Shown one piece after another: positions 40,333 to 52,935 of a stretch of DNA of 64,000 nucleotides (within the stretch, counting starts at the first letter, position 1; each line of letters opens with the position of its first letter). The DNA lies in the NCBI GenBank assembly GCA_951406725.2, contig OX597834.1:18228001-18292000 (forward strand). The letters are read 5' to 3'. The notes beneath the pieces were generated by a model that worked only from the letters and a program-made list of their open reading frames with translations, was not told the DNA's origin and searched no databases. The stretch is from Octopus vulgaris (taxonomy: Eukaryota). The translations under genes were made by a program, and so were the position numbers.

Positions 40333-43222
40333 CATATATAATATTAATATATACATACATACATACATATATATATATATTATATGTCAGGGGAGGGGTA
40401 ATGTGCAACGAAGGGGAGAGGAAAAAACAACACATTTTGGCAATGAAATACACATATGACAAAGACCTGTCTGTTTTAGTTTGTGTTTTTAAATCACTTT
40501 TTTTGTTTTGTTACTATAGTTTGATAATTTTTTTTTTTTTTTCAGTTTTCAATACCTGCCAATGACTTTAGCACAAACAACAACAATAACAACAAAAATA
40601 ACAACATCAATAACAACACCACCACAAACAAAATTTCATGACCAACACTGATTATTGTTCATAGATCAATTGGAATGTAAATTTAGAGAAAGAAGCCAAA
40701 AGGTAGATGACATCACTGAAACATCCAAGGCGACAATCTATGTATGGTATTACCAGAATGTCAATGAAACTGAGTTGTTCCTCTTCTTGAAATGAAATAA
40801 TATTTATATATTGTATTGGACCCAAACACATTAATAGCAGAAGGGATATAAGCGATTAACACCGACCCCCTGTTCTAGTACATGTCTGATGATTCCACCA
40901 CCACTACCACCACCATAAACACACACACAAAGGGACAAAAGAGAAAAAATGACGGATAGAATTTGAATTCAGAAAAAAGAGATGATAAAACTAAATAGCC
41001 TAAATCTGTTGACTCAGCTGTCCCCAACAATAATTGTTTATCTTGATATGTGATCACCATATCATGCACATATGGTTGTGAGGCATGGGCCTGGTGTACC
41101 CTTATCAGACGGGTAGTCATGATGGATATATCGGGCTTTGTGTATTTGTACCCTGGTGTCACTTTGAAGGCATGCGCTGCTTTCTCACTCAATGATAATA
41201 ATTCATTCTAATATAGGCACAAGTTGAGCCCCTATGCTCAACTGATACTTATTTTGTCAATCTTTTAAGGATGACAGCCAAAGTCAATCTCAGCAGAATT
41301 TGAACTCAGAAATTTGAGGAAAGAGACATGTAAATTTAATCAACCCTAATAATTACTACGTTCTTTATTTTATCAAAGGATGAAAAGCAAAGTTAACGTA
41401 GGGAAGATTTGAACCTAGAATATAGAAGGGTGGGATAAATACAGCAAGGTATTTTATGTGATGCTCTGTTATTCTAACACCTTCATTTCTAACAGTGACA
41501 TACATTTTTCTTTCTTTTTTTAAGAGCATAGAGTTGATTATATCACTCCCACTGCCAATATCTTGGAACTTACTAAGAACTACAGAAGGATGAAAGGCAA
41601 AGTTAAAACTGGCAACTGTGAAAAGGCAATTTTTCTGATCTTTTACCAATACAACTATACCAATGCTCTTAACATTAATAATGGTTCCTAACATAGGCAC
41701 AAGGCCTCAAATCTTGGTGGGAAAGAGCACAATCAATGTTATCAATCCCAGTGTCTAATTAGCCCCCTTTTTTTTATTGATGCAAAGGATGAAAAACAGG
41801 GGTTCAAAATTAGAATGTTATGTAATGTAACTAAATACCATAAGGTTTTGCTGGTCCTCCATTCTCACAGTTCTATCAACTGAAATAATAATGCTTCTAA
41901 AATAGATATTGCGATTCTTAGATGAGCAGGATATGGAGTATTGGGGTATGATCATGCCAGTTTTAAGAGCATACTAAATATCACTTACATAAATAAATTC
42001 CATTTGAAAAATGAAACTGAGTTACAAACTCAGTTCTTACAAAAACAGGACTGCACATTTATGACCACCACCAAAACCACCGCCACTACTACCATTACTA
42101 CTAATAGTTTTTAATATAGGTACAAGGCTGGAAATTTGTGGGGAAAGAAATTATTGAATCATGGACCCGAGTACTTAACTGGTACTTATTTTATTGATCT
42201 TAGAAGGATGAAAAGCAAAGATGACTGTGGTGGGATTTGAATTCAGAATGTAAAAAAAACAAGAACAAAAACCCTATGGCTATTTCCAAAAGCTCTATTC
42301 TGTCAATCTTTCATTATAGCGATGATTTTATATTTAGTGAATAATAAGAAAAAATTTGTATTTTTTTCTGCACACCATAATGCATTCGTCTGGCTCTTTA
42401 TGATGCTTTAATAAATTTGTTAATCTGCTGCCATAGTAATAATAATAATTATTATTATTAAGAGATTTCCTTTTGGACAATAATAGTGATTTCTTTCAAC
42501 TAGCCAAAATAGTAAGTTTTATACTCAGTATAACACTGGTGCTTATTTTCATGCTACTATTAACCTCCCGCCCTCTGCAACTTTCCCCCCATAGTTAAGC
42601 TTGATCACTGGAACAGTTGAACACCAAAACAGGTATCACAAAGCTGTCATTGGATTGCAACTTTTACAGTGGTATATTGGCTCTCTTAATAAATGACTTC
42701 CCTTAAGGAGTTACAAAATACTGGCGACATACAGAAAAGTAATAAGAGGTACAGGGCTCCTTCAAATATTTCTTCCGTGTATTTAGTGTTGCAGGGAAAT
42801 TTGTTACATAAATTGAAGAAAAATCAAATCTCACATTTGATGAGAATTCATCTCCCTTACCTCTCTCTTTGTCACTGGATCTTTGTGTTGATAATGAATA
42901 TTTTTACATAGACATGAATCTTAAGATAATCAAACAATGGATGCAATAAATTGTAGCTTTCAAGCCATTCCTCCAAAAGGATAAATGACAGAATCAGCTT
43001 CATAGATTCAGCAAGGAATCAAAACCAGGCAGTAAAGTTAGCTTACCATTAATCCCTACTCTAATGACTAACCCCATGCATCATTTAAAGAGAAATACAA
43101 ATTGATTATATTGACCCAGATACATGACAGGTATTGTCTTTTATCAAACCAGTAAGGACTGAAGCAAAGTTGACACGAATGTCAGTAGTAGTAGCAAAAG
43201 TAGTAGAGGTAGAGTAGTGGTG

Positions 43223-43274
<52 letters not shown>

Positions 43275-44316
43275 AGTAGAGGAAAAGGAGGAGAGGAAAG
43301 TGTGGCAGAAACAAAAAAAATTAATAATGATAATCATAATGTTATTTTTCTATTGAAACAATGTCTCAAGTTTATAGGGGAGCAGGGGTTAGAGTCGATT
43401 AATAAGCAATATCATTACATACCTGGAACCTATTGAATCACGTTTGGAGAGGTGTAAAATTAAAGCTAACCCTGGTATGATTTGAACATGTGATTTGAAA
43501 AGGCAGACTGATGACACCTAGATCACATATACCAAATATCTTAATGGTATAAATGTAGCGATTGCAAATGAGATTTTAAATCTCAATTTGTCAAGAAATT
43601 AGGAGCCAAATTGCTACCCATATTAACAACCTGCCACCATTGCCACAACCATTAATAATAATAATAATAATAATAATGATAATAATAATAATAATAACAA
43701 CAACAACAACAACAATAATCCTTTCTATTATAGGCACAAGGCCTGAAATTTGGGGGGAGAGGACTAGTCGATTACATTGATCCCAGTGTTTCACTCATAC
43801 TTAATTTACTGACCCTGAAAGGATGAAAGGCAAAGTTGACCTCAGTGGAATATGAACTCAGAACATAGTGGCAGACAAAATACCGCTAAGCATTTCGCCC
43901 AGCATGCTAACGATTCTGCCAGCTTGGTGCCTTCTAATAATAGTAGTAGTAGTAGTGGTGATAATAATAATAATAATAATTGTTTCTTACATTGGCTCAA
44001 GGCCAGAAATTTAGGGAGAGAAAATAGTCAATTAAATTAACCCCATTACTTGACTATTACTTTATTTTATCAGCTCTGAAAGGATGAATGGAGAAGATGA
44101 CCTTGGTAGGATTTGAACTCAGAATGTAGAGAGCTGTAACTGAATGCCACAAGGCAATTTGTTTGATGCTCTAACATTTTTTACTATTCCTTTTGATATG
44201 GAAGTCTATGATAGAATAAAAACCATATTTTTTGCTTTTCTTCATTCTATTACATCAAAGAATAGATTGCAAGAAATGACAACCCCACCAAGAAACTAAA
44301 GCATTATAACTTTTAA

Positions 44317-44543
44317 CCCTTTTGTTAACATATTTCTCTTGCAATACACTTCCTTCATTTCAATTAATTTTGAAAATAATGATGAACTTAGTAAAATAAT
44401 TTGGCCATTATTAATTAAGTTGGTGTTTGGAACATAAATTAACATGAAATTTTGATGGAAGGTTTCAATTTAAATCACTTTTAAAACAGGAAGTTTGTAT
44501 CATAGAATCAGGTATGGTCTCAGGTGAGTTGGTATCAAAAGGG
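44317..44543. mobile_element. TTAA-flanked piggyBac-type MITE (uninterrupted)
   Basis: ttaa-cccttttgttaac...ggtatcaaaaggg-ttaa. Confidence 0.8.
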
Positions 44544-44823
44544 TTAATAAATTGTAAGATGAGTGAACCCAGGTTCAATCAGGATGTCAGATTTGTGTCA
44601 TATATTTATGTGTGTGTGTGTGTGTGTGTGTGTGTAATTATTGTTCTTTATATAGAGGTATGTATAACCTCAGACTTAAGGGAGATTGTGATATTCATGC
44701 AGTTTTTAAAAGGTACGAAAATAAGTCACGCAGTTTGAAGCAGGCATTGACTGATGCAAGTCAGTAGACTTGATTCAACCAGAACTTACAATCGTACCAT
44801 AAAGCTTGTCTCACACACACACA

Positions 44824-44866
<43 letters not shown>

Positions 44867-46818
44867 ATGTGTAAAGAGAAAGTGGTCAGCATCAGACATG
44901 AGTAGACAGCCATCATCATGTGTATATAAACTGTATTCAAAATAAATGCAAACAATAAATAAAAGGTGGGGAAAAAATCAACAACACATTGAACCACTCA
45001 CATACTGGCATGCATATAAACATACACATATATTAATACATATACAACTGTACATAAATATACACACATAGATATATACATGCATGCATAAATACATACA
45101 TACACATACATACATACCTACATACACTCTTTTACTCACAGAGAAGTACTCATTTATGCATACATGCATATATATATGTATATTATTGATATATATCTAT
45201 ACCAAAAAGTGTGTATAATCATGCTTTAATCTAAAATAAGCATATACTTAGTGAGATATGAGCTTGTATATGTATATGAGTATAGGTATGTATTATCATC
45301 ATCATTATTCCCAGCATAGCTCTCCACATTTTAAATCTAATCTGCACTTACATCCAAACATGCATGCAAATACATTATGCAAAATTTATGTACGCTTATA
45401 TATATATATATATGTATGTATGTATATATTAGGACATACAAATATATATAAGGGCATCTAAACATCTGCCTATCTACATAACATTGATACAATATTAGGT
45501 TTAAAGTTATGTTTTGATACATACCTAAGAAAAGTATATATATCACATAAATATTGCCAGAAAGAAAAAAAACTGGAACGGTAGGAGATATATATTTTTT
45601 GGTTAAAAATTGGTCTTTTTTGAAGAAAGTCACTTTTAGTCACCACTTTGTATCATTATTACTTGTAACATATAAACAAGTCTTACTTTTTTTTCCTTCC
45701 TATTTTAAAAAGTTTTTCTCCTTTTTTCTTCTTACTTTTCTTGTTTCAATCTTGATCTTAAATCAATGATGAATCTAAAGAATTGATGTTATTGAAAGAA
45801 AACATATTTCATGAGATGTACTTTAGAAATTTAAAAAATATTTCATACAAAGGTTAAAAAAAAGATAAATTTTTTGTTTTGTGTATTTTGTTTGTGATTG
45901 AAAATTTTTTTCTTGAAAAACCTTTTTTTGTATTTTTCATTTCCTTTTTTTTTTTTATAATTTAAAAATGTGAAAAAATTTTTTCCAGATAATTTTTTTT
46001 TTACCTTTGAAATATGAATGATAAAAAAAATATATAGATATGTGTGTGTGTATGTATATATGTAATTTTTTCCTTGTTGGAGAAAAATTAATTTGTTGAC
46101 ATAGATGGGGAAATGGTCAGTCATTTTTAGATGAGAAAGAAAAAGTGAGAAAATAAAAATAAAATATGAATGACTGATGAGATGTATGAAATATAAAAGT
46201 GAGAAAGAAAGAGGAAAGAGGCAGAACGGGAAAGAGGGAGAGATATGGTGATATTTCAAATAAAAAGTTGTGGTTAATTTGGTTCTTATATTTTTCTATT
46301 CTTTTGCTTGTATTTTGTGCTGTATTGCTTGTGTTGTTTTGATTTGTGTTTTTTGTTTTGCTGTTCTCAGAACAAATCTCTCATCCATGGAAAAAAAAAA
46401 TTAAATTTGGAAAATATCTGCTATTGGAATAGCTTCTTTAGTGTTTGTTAACAGTTGGCTGAGATCCAGGACTACTCATGCAACATTCTAAACAAGCAAG
46501 AAAAACATTCATTTAGCTATACATATACACACACATATACACTCCAACTCACATATACACATACACTCTCTCTCATACACACACACATCATACAAAAAAA
46601 AAAATCATACATTGCCATTGAGCTTATTTTTCTATGTTGTTGCAACAGATTTGCTTTGTAGCCACGGTGAGAGTTGTATGGTAGTGGTTAGTTTCTGTGA
46701 CCTACAAGACATGCTAGCAATACACCCGATTAGGAGTAGCAAGGGTAGTGTCGGTGGATTTGAAGGGGAAGGCAGAAAGAGGGAGAGGAAGGGAGGGGAA
46801 CCTGAATTTTTGTTGTTT

Positions 46819-47032
46819 TTAGAAGTCCAATTCATTGCTGCTAGCACTGGCTGCACTGTCACTAATTATTTCTAAAGAAGACTCTCTCGTTCCAGTTCTG
46901 CTCTCTTGGTCAGTAGAACTATTGCCCATGTAACAACCAGGTTTCCTGCACCATTTCATTAAACCTTCATCGACCATTATTTCATTGGCTCGTCCTATTA
47001 AAACAGGACCACATCCACATGGAATCATATAA
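46819..47032 (-). CDS. SINHCAF: SINHCAF terminal coding exon
   Basis: Acceptor cattacag|T after a long pyrimidine tract. Encodes (I)YMIPCGCGPVLIGRANEIMVDEGLMKWCRK...NELDF*, resembling the FAM60A C-terminus ICCGIIYKGRFGEVLID..KPCC. The four exons sum to 663 nt = 220 aa + stop. Confidence 0.85.
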
Positions 47033-47232
47033 CTGTAATGAAATCAAGAAAAAAATGAAGAGAAAATAAAATTAAAAGAAACAAACAAAAAGAAAGGAAT
47101 TATAAATGTTTGTATAAATAGTTTATAAAGTATATAAATTGTAATCTGCACTATAAAGTGGTTGGTGACAGGAAGGGTATCTTACTGTAAAATCCATGCA
47201 AGAAACATTGTGAGACTATTGCATCTCAGACA

Positions 47233-47662
47233 AGGCGGCGAACTGGAAGAAACGCTAGCACGCCGGGCGAAAGCCTTAGCGGTATTTCGTCTGCCGCTAC
47301 ATTCTGAGTTCAAATTCCGCCGAGGTCGACTTTGACTTTCATCCTTTCGGGGTCAAAAGGCGGCGAGCAGGCAGAAACGTTAGCACGCTGGGCAAAATGG
47401 CTTTGAACTCAGAACGTAGCGGCAGACGAAATATGCTGAGCATTTTGCCCGGTGTGCTAACGTTTCTGCCAGCTCGCCGGGCAAAATGCTCAGCAGTATT
47501 TCGTCTGCCACTACGTTCTGAGTTCAAATTTCGCCGAGGTCGACTTTGCCTTTCATCCTTTTGGGGTCGATAAATAAAGTACCATTTTGCACTGGGGTAA
47601 ATGTAATCGACATAATCCCTTTGTCTGTCCTTGTTTGTCCCCTTGTGGGCAGTAAAGAAATA
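47233..47662. mobile_element. Rearranged SINE family A cluster (+,+,-,+ segments) in SINHCAF last intron
   Basis: Head fragments at 47233 and 47359, an inverted segment at ~47402-47478, then a forward body to the tail at 47662. Confidence 0.8.
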
Positions 47663-48235
47663 TATTGCAACTCAGACAGCATAAAAAAATTGGGTATCAA
47701 ATGATGGTGAATGCTAACAACATTAAAATAAAAGCAATACATACATGAGAAGTTTCAAAATATGAAAATCAGTTTGAAAATTTTCAAATGTTACATTTGT
47801 TCTGAGGGGACCTGATGTTATTTTTATTGTTTGCTTGTGACAGTACATGGTTTAATCTTTGGGTCACGAGTTTGATTCCCAGCAGTGCATTGTGTCATTG
47901 AGCCATACATTTTACTTCTCATTGCTGCAGTCTATTCATCTGGCAAAAATGTGTTGTACCTGTAATACTAAAGGCCAGCCTTGTCACATTCTATACCTTA
48001 TGTAGCCACTTGTTAAAAATAACAGCCAAATCTCTTTCAAATTGTACCCTACCATCTTAGAAAAGGACAGCTACATTGAATAATGTGGTACAGGTTGCAC
48101 AATGCCTATAATATATGAGATGAACATGGCTGAAATTCCTATGCTTATAGACCTGTTCAATCACTACAACAGCTGTCTAAATTTTAACCCTTGTGCCACT
48201 GGAATGTCACCCTTCTTCATGGATAAAATACTTAC

Positions 48236-48362
48236 ATTCGCCAGTAGTGACCATCACTTTCCATCAGTGCTTCTTCTTTCTCTCGTCGTTTCCGTTCTCG
48301 TCTTTTGGCAACTATGTGTCCCACTGACCTTATTCCTTCACAGATATCGCAGCTACATGCAA
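48236..48362 (-). CDS. SINHCAF: SINHCAF coding exon 3 (127 nt)
   Basis: Acceptor ccttatag|T, donor AT|gtaagt. Phase 1 in, phase 2 out. Encodes (V)ACSCDICEGIRSVGHIVAKRRERKRREKEEALMESDGHYWR; YWR aligns to FAM60A YWKR. Confidence 0.82.
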
Positions 48363-48631
48363 CTATAAGGACAGAATTGTTGAAAATAAAAAATTATGTT
48401 ATGAATGACATGACATCAATAGTAATTAGCTGACATTTAATCTTTTAATTCCCTTTTTTATAACATACAAACTGGAGAACCAAAGCAGATGAATTCCTTT
48501 CAGCCAAAGAACTTATCACAATACAAGGGCACCTGTGACATTTTTCAAACATTTTAAAACAAGTACGAAGCTTCAGTTTTGTAGAAATAATAAGACAGCA
48601 AGTTTATGTGATGCTTATGCTTTCTCTAGAG

Positions 48632-48950
48632 CAGTGCTTCCCAACCTTTTCACTACCAAGAACCCCTTTTATTTAAATGAGTTTTCCCACAGACCCCTTT
48701 TAACCCTTTTGTTACCAGATTTCTGTTGAGATGATCTGTGTTTCTTCCAATAAATTTTAAATATAACAAAGAATTTAGTAAAATAACTTAGTTATCATTA
48801 AACTAGTCTTAGGAACATAAATTGTGACTAAGGTTTGGTGGAAGATTTTTATTTAGAACTTTTGAAAACGAGACATTTGTACTACAGAGCCAGGGGCAGG
48901 TTTCAGCCAGGTTGGTATTGAAAGGGTTAATATGCTTATCCTTATGCATG

Positions 48951-48996
<46 letters not shown>

Positions 48997-49082
48997 AAAT
49001 TTTGAATTTAGTTCATGGACCCCACCCAATACTACCTTTGCAGACCACCAGGGTGCCGTGGGCCATAGGTTGGGAACTACTG
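48632..49082. mobile_element. hAT (Charlie-like) MITE containing a nested TTAA MITE (48704-48926)
   Basis: TIRs cagtgcttcccaacc / ggttgggaactactg; 8-bp TSD ctctagag/ctctagaa (NTCTAGAN consensus of Charlie elements). Confidence 0.82.
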
Positions 49083-49842
49083 CTCTAGAATATTAGCAAC
49101 ATCACTGAGTTTAATTTGGAACAAAGCTCAATGCTGTGCTACAAAAAGCTTTTTCTGAAAATTATGAATAACTTGCAAATATTTAGTTTAGTTTTCTGTC
49201 AATATTAAGACATAAATGAGGTGGCGAGCTGGCAGAAACGTTAGCACACCAGGCAAAATGCTTAGCAGTATTTCATCTGCCTTTATGTTCTTAGTTCAAA
49301 TTCTGCCAAGGTCGATTTAGCCTTTCATCCTTTCGGGGGTCGATAAATTAAGTACCAGACGCATACTGGGGTCGATCTAATCGACTGGTCCCCTCCCCAA
49401 AAAGTTTGGGCCTTGTGCCTAGAGTAGAAAAGAATATTAAGATATAGATAAGATGGCAAGCGAAATGCTTAGTAGCATTTCCTCTGTCTTTATGCTCTGA
49501 GTTCAAATTCTGCTGAGATTGACTACTTTTCATCCTCTTGGCAGTTGATAAAATAAGTACCAGTTTAAACTCAGGTTTATGTAATCGACTTACTCCCTCC
49601 CCTGATTTTGCTGGCCTTGTATCAAAATTTGAAGCCAATTCAATGGAATCAACTAACCCCCTTTCCTGAAATTGCTAGCCTTGTGCCAAACTTTGAAATC
49701 AGTATTAGATGAACTATGATATCTCTGTCAATCTACGCTGGTCTTTCCTCTTACAACAAGTGTTGACAAAAGGTCATTGAAATTAAACTGCTATTCATTG
49801 CTTTCTTCCAAGATGCAATATAGGAGTCAATAAATGCTTTAC

Positions 49843-49945
49843 CTCCATGTTTCCGAGGTTCTCCAGTTTGGTTGTCTACTTTGGTCTGGCGTTTTTTTCT
49901 TTTTAATATAGACCTTGCACCTGGATTTAAGCGGAGATCAACCAC
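49843..49945 (-). CDS. SINHCAF: SINHCAF coding exon 2 (103 nt)
   Basis: Acceptor ttttcag|G, donor G|gtaaag (phase 1). Encodes VVDLRLNPGARSILKRKKRQTKVDNQTGEPRKHG, corresponding to FAM60A VVDAR plus a basic NLS-like stretch. Confidence 0.88.
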
Positions 49946-50033
49946 CTGAAAATAATCAGAAAAGAACAATAAAAAATAGTTAAAAAAAAAACCATTCTGT
50001 GCATACATTATATATATATATATATATATATAT

Positions 50034-51235
50034 TTATTCAGTCATCCCATAATTAATGCAGTTTTTTCAATTGAACTAAAAGTTGGAGGGGGATGGGATA
50101 AACTACCTGCATCAACTCGCTATAAAAGCAGGTAGTAATTTTACCTTGTACTTATTCTTGGTGCATGTTTTGAAGAGTACAGTTCGATTTTAACAGTTAT
50201 TTTTTCAAAGCTATAATGGAAGTGACAAAGGAGTATATTTGGCATATTTTGCTTTATAAGTTCAATGAAGATGACAACGCAACAGAAAGTGTGAGGAATA
50301 TAAATGCAGTATATGGGTATTGAACAATAAGTGTAAGCCAGTGTCAACAGTGGTTCCAGAAATTCTGAGCCAGAAACTACAGCCTAGAAGATGAGCCTTG
50401 TCCTGGAAGATCTGTAGAGCTTGACAAGAACGTTCTGCAATTCATGGTGGAACAAAATCCCATTGAGGGACTAGCAGAGAAGCTTGGATTTGGTCATTTA
50501 ACCATTCATTGACACCTGCATGCCATTCAAAAAGTCAGAAAATCGAGTCAATGGGTTCCTCACAAACTTTCCGAGTCTAATTGCATGCAGAAAGTGAATG
50601 TGTGCTCTTCTTTGCCATCATGTCTCATGAATGAACCTTTTTTTGGAATGAATAGAGATTGGTGATGAGAAATGGGTTCTCTATATAAATGTCAAGTGCT
50701 GAAGACAGTGGATAGAGTAATGAGAAACACTGGTACTCCAAGCTAAAGAATGTCTTCACCTATGTAAGGTGTTATCTGTTTGATGGGATATGAAAGGTTT
50801 AGTCCACTTTGTACTTTTAAAACCAAACCAAACGATAACAAAAGAGATCTACCCTGAGCAACTTGAGTCAGCGCTAGAAGAAAAATTACTATCTTTGGTT
50901 TCAAGACAATAGGTGTTCTTCCATCAGGATAATACTCAGCCACATACAGTGAGGATGACATTCCAAAGGCTGGAGCAGTTTGAATAGGAAACGATGCCCC
51001 ACCCATCATATTCACTGGACATTGCCCCATCTAATTATCATTTATTCTGCAGTCTTCAAAATCATTTGGATAGAAAAAATAAGAATTCTGTAGACGAGGT
51101 CAGAAGAGTACTGGAGGAGTAATTTTAGTCACGGACAAGTGAATTTTGGAAGCGGGATCTTGCAAGTCCACCAGATAGATGGAAGAGCATTGTAGAAAAT
51201 GAAGGAGAGTATATTTTAGATTAAAAAAGAACTTA
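50034..51235 (+). mobile_element. Decayed mariner transposon (transposase pseudogene ~50216-51224), antisense in the first coding intron of SINHCAF
   Basis: Broken frames give WFQKF..LEDEP.PGR, WVPHKL, GDEKWVLY, HQDNTQPH, HPSYSLDIAPSNYHLF, RWKSIVENEGEY. The left end resembles a mariner TIR; no right TIR was seen. Confidence 0.9.
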
Positions 51236-52111
51236 AAAAAGAAATTATTATTACTATTGAAGTAGTTATTGGCAGTCATAAAAGCATCAGGTTGTCTTCA
51301 TGATATAATTAAACCGTATTTAGTTATCTCCCTTTAATTCTGAATTGAAATTCTGCCGTGGTTGAGATGATCGGTTAACTGATTAACTACATTCCTTCCA
51401 TATCAGTGTGTAAACATTGTTTAATAAAAATGACCAAGTGCAAAGCAAAGAAAACTAATGAGTGCCAGTTAAATAGTAGCATTGATTATTGTTGTTTAGT
51501 CCCAGATCAACCCTGATTGTTTAGACGTTCCAACCTTGATTAGATACATTATATCTAGGACTATATTAATTAATGTGTCCTCTTTTTAACATAGCTGTAG
51601 GAATCATGCCACGACAAAGGCATTGGAGCAAGACGTAGACCTCTGACTCATTGGATCTTGCCAGACAGTCCAATCCATGCCAGTATGGAAAGTGATGTGG
51701 TTGTAAAGATGATGATGATGATAATGATGATGATGACTATTTAGATTTGAGGGAGCTTTAGCTGCTATTTCTAGAATATTGAACATACATTGCATAAGAT
51801 CCTTATGGCTTGTAGAAGTATTAATTGACAGTATTCTTACTTCACAAAAGATGTGGTCTTGTGTTAATGTTAGAAATTATTATTATGAGCTTTATCACAT
51901 CACTGAAGCCCAGGTCATTTTTTTCCCAGCCAGCAGTTATTTAAAACTTTGTCCACTCATTTCATTTGACTGTGATATTGCTCTAATGTTAAACGTGCTA
52001 CTAAATCTAACATTGGAGGCCTATAACTGTTAGCTGGGTTCCAAGGGACTGGTTTCCTGCTACAAGAAAGACTTCGACAAGAGGTATATTTTAAACTCAA
52101 GAATATGAAAA

Positions 52112-52465
52112 CACATATATATGTATATACATATACATATATATGTATATACATATATATATGTATATACATATACATATGCATATACATATGCATATAC
52201 ATATATATATGCATATACATATATATATGCATATACATATATATATGCATATACATATATATATGCATATACATATATATATATGCATATACATATATAT
52301 ATGCATATACATATATATATATGCATATACATATATATATGTGTATATATGTATATACATAAATATATATATATATGTATATACATATATATATTTATAT
52401 ATATCTGTACATATATATAGTGCATACACACATGCTTACATATATATATGTGTGTGTGTGTGTGC
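52112..52465. repeat. TA-rich minisatellite (unit ~ATATATATGCATATACAT)
   Basis: Direct inspection. Confidence 0.93.
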
Positions 52466-52716
52466 TTACAAAACAAGAAACAGATTGGTTTATGACCCTG
52501 TAACTTAGCAGTTCAAATAAGTACCAGATTTAAAATAAGTATTAAACACTTCAAGACAATGCCCCAGCACGACCACAGCCTAATGATTGAAATGAGTGAA
52601 AATATAAAAGAATATTCATGCAAACAGATATTACTTCTAAAATAGTGTATTAAAGTTAATGAAAATAAATGTGTGAAAAAATATGTTTTGAAATAAAATA
52701 CGACATCATAACTTAC

Positions 52717-52935
52717 ATATTCCCAATGTCGATCCTTATCTTTCCTCATCCGCCACCGTTTAACAAGAAGCACGCACGCATTGCAGATATCCCCTGATCT
52801 GTTGGCCACGTGAAAACACCGCCGAAAGTCTCTTTCATATCGCTCACTGCTTGTAAAGCGAGAGCTAGAAGATTTCACGCGACAGATGCAACAGCCCGTC
52901 TGGCTGCGATACATCTTATGCCTGTTGCTGGACAT
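52717..52935 (-). CDS. SINHCAF: SINHCAF/FAM60A homolog, first coding exon
   Basis: ATG at 52935; exon acceptor ttttcag|C starts the exon at 52963; donor TAT|gtaagt. Encodes MSSNRHKMYRSQTGCCICRVKSSSSRFTSSERYERDFRRCFHVANRSGDICNACVLLVKRW, matching FAM60A KMYRS..GCCICRAKSSSSRFT..RSGDICNACVLLVKRW. Confidence 0.95.
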
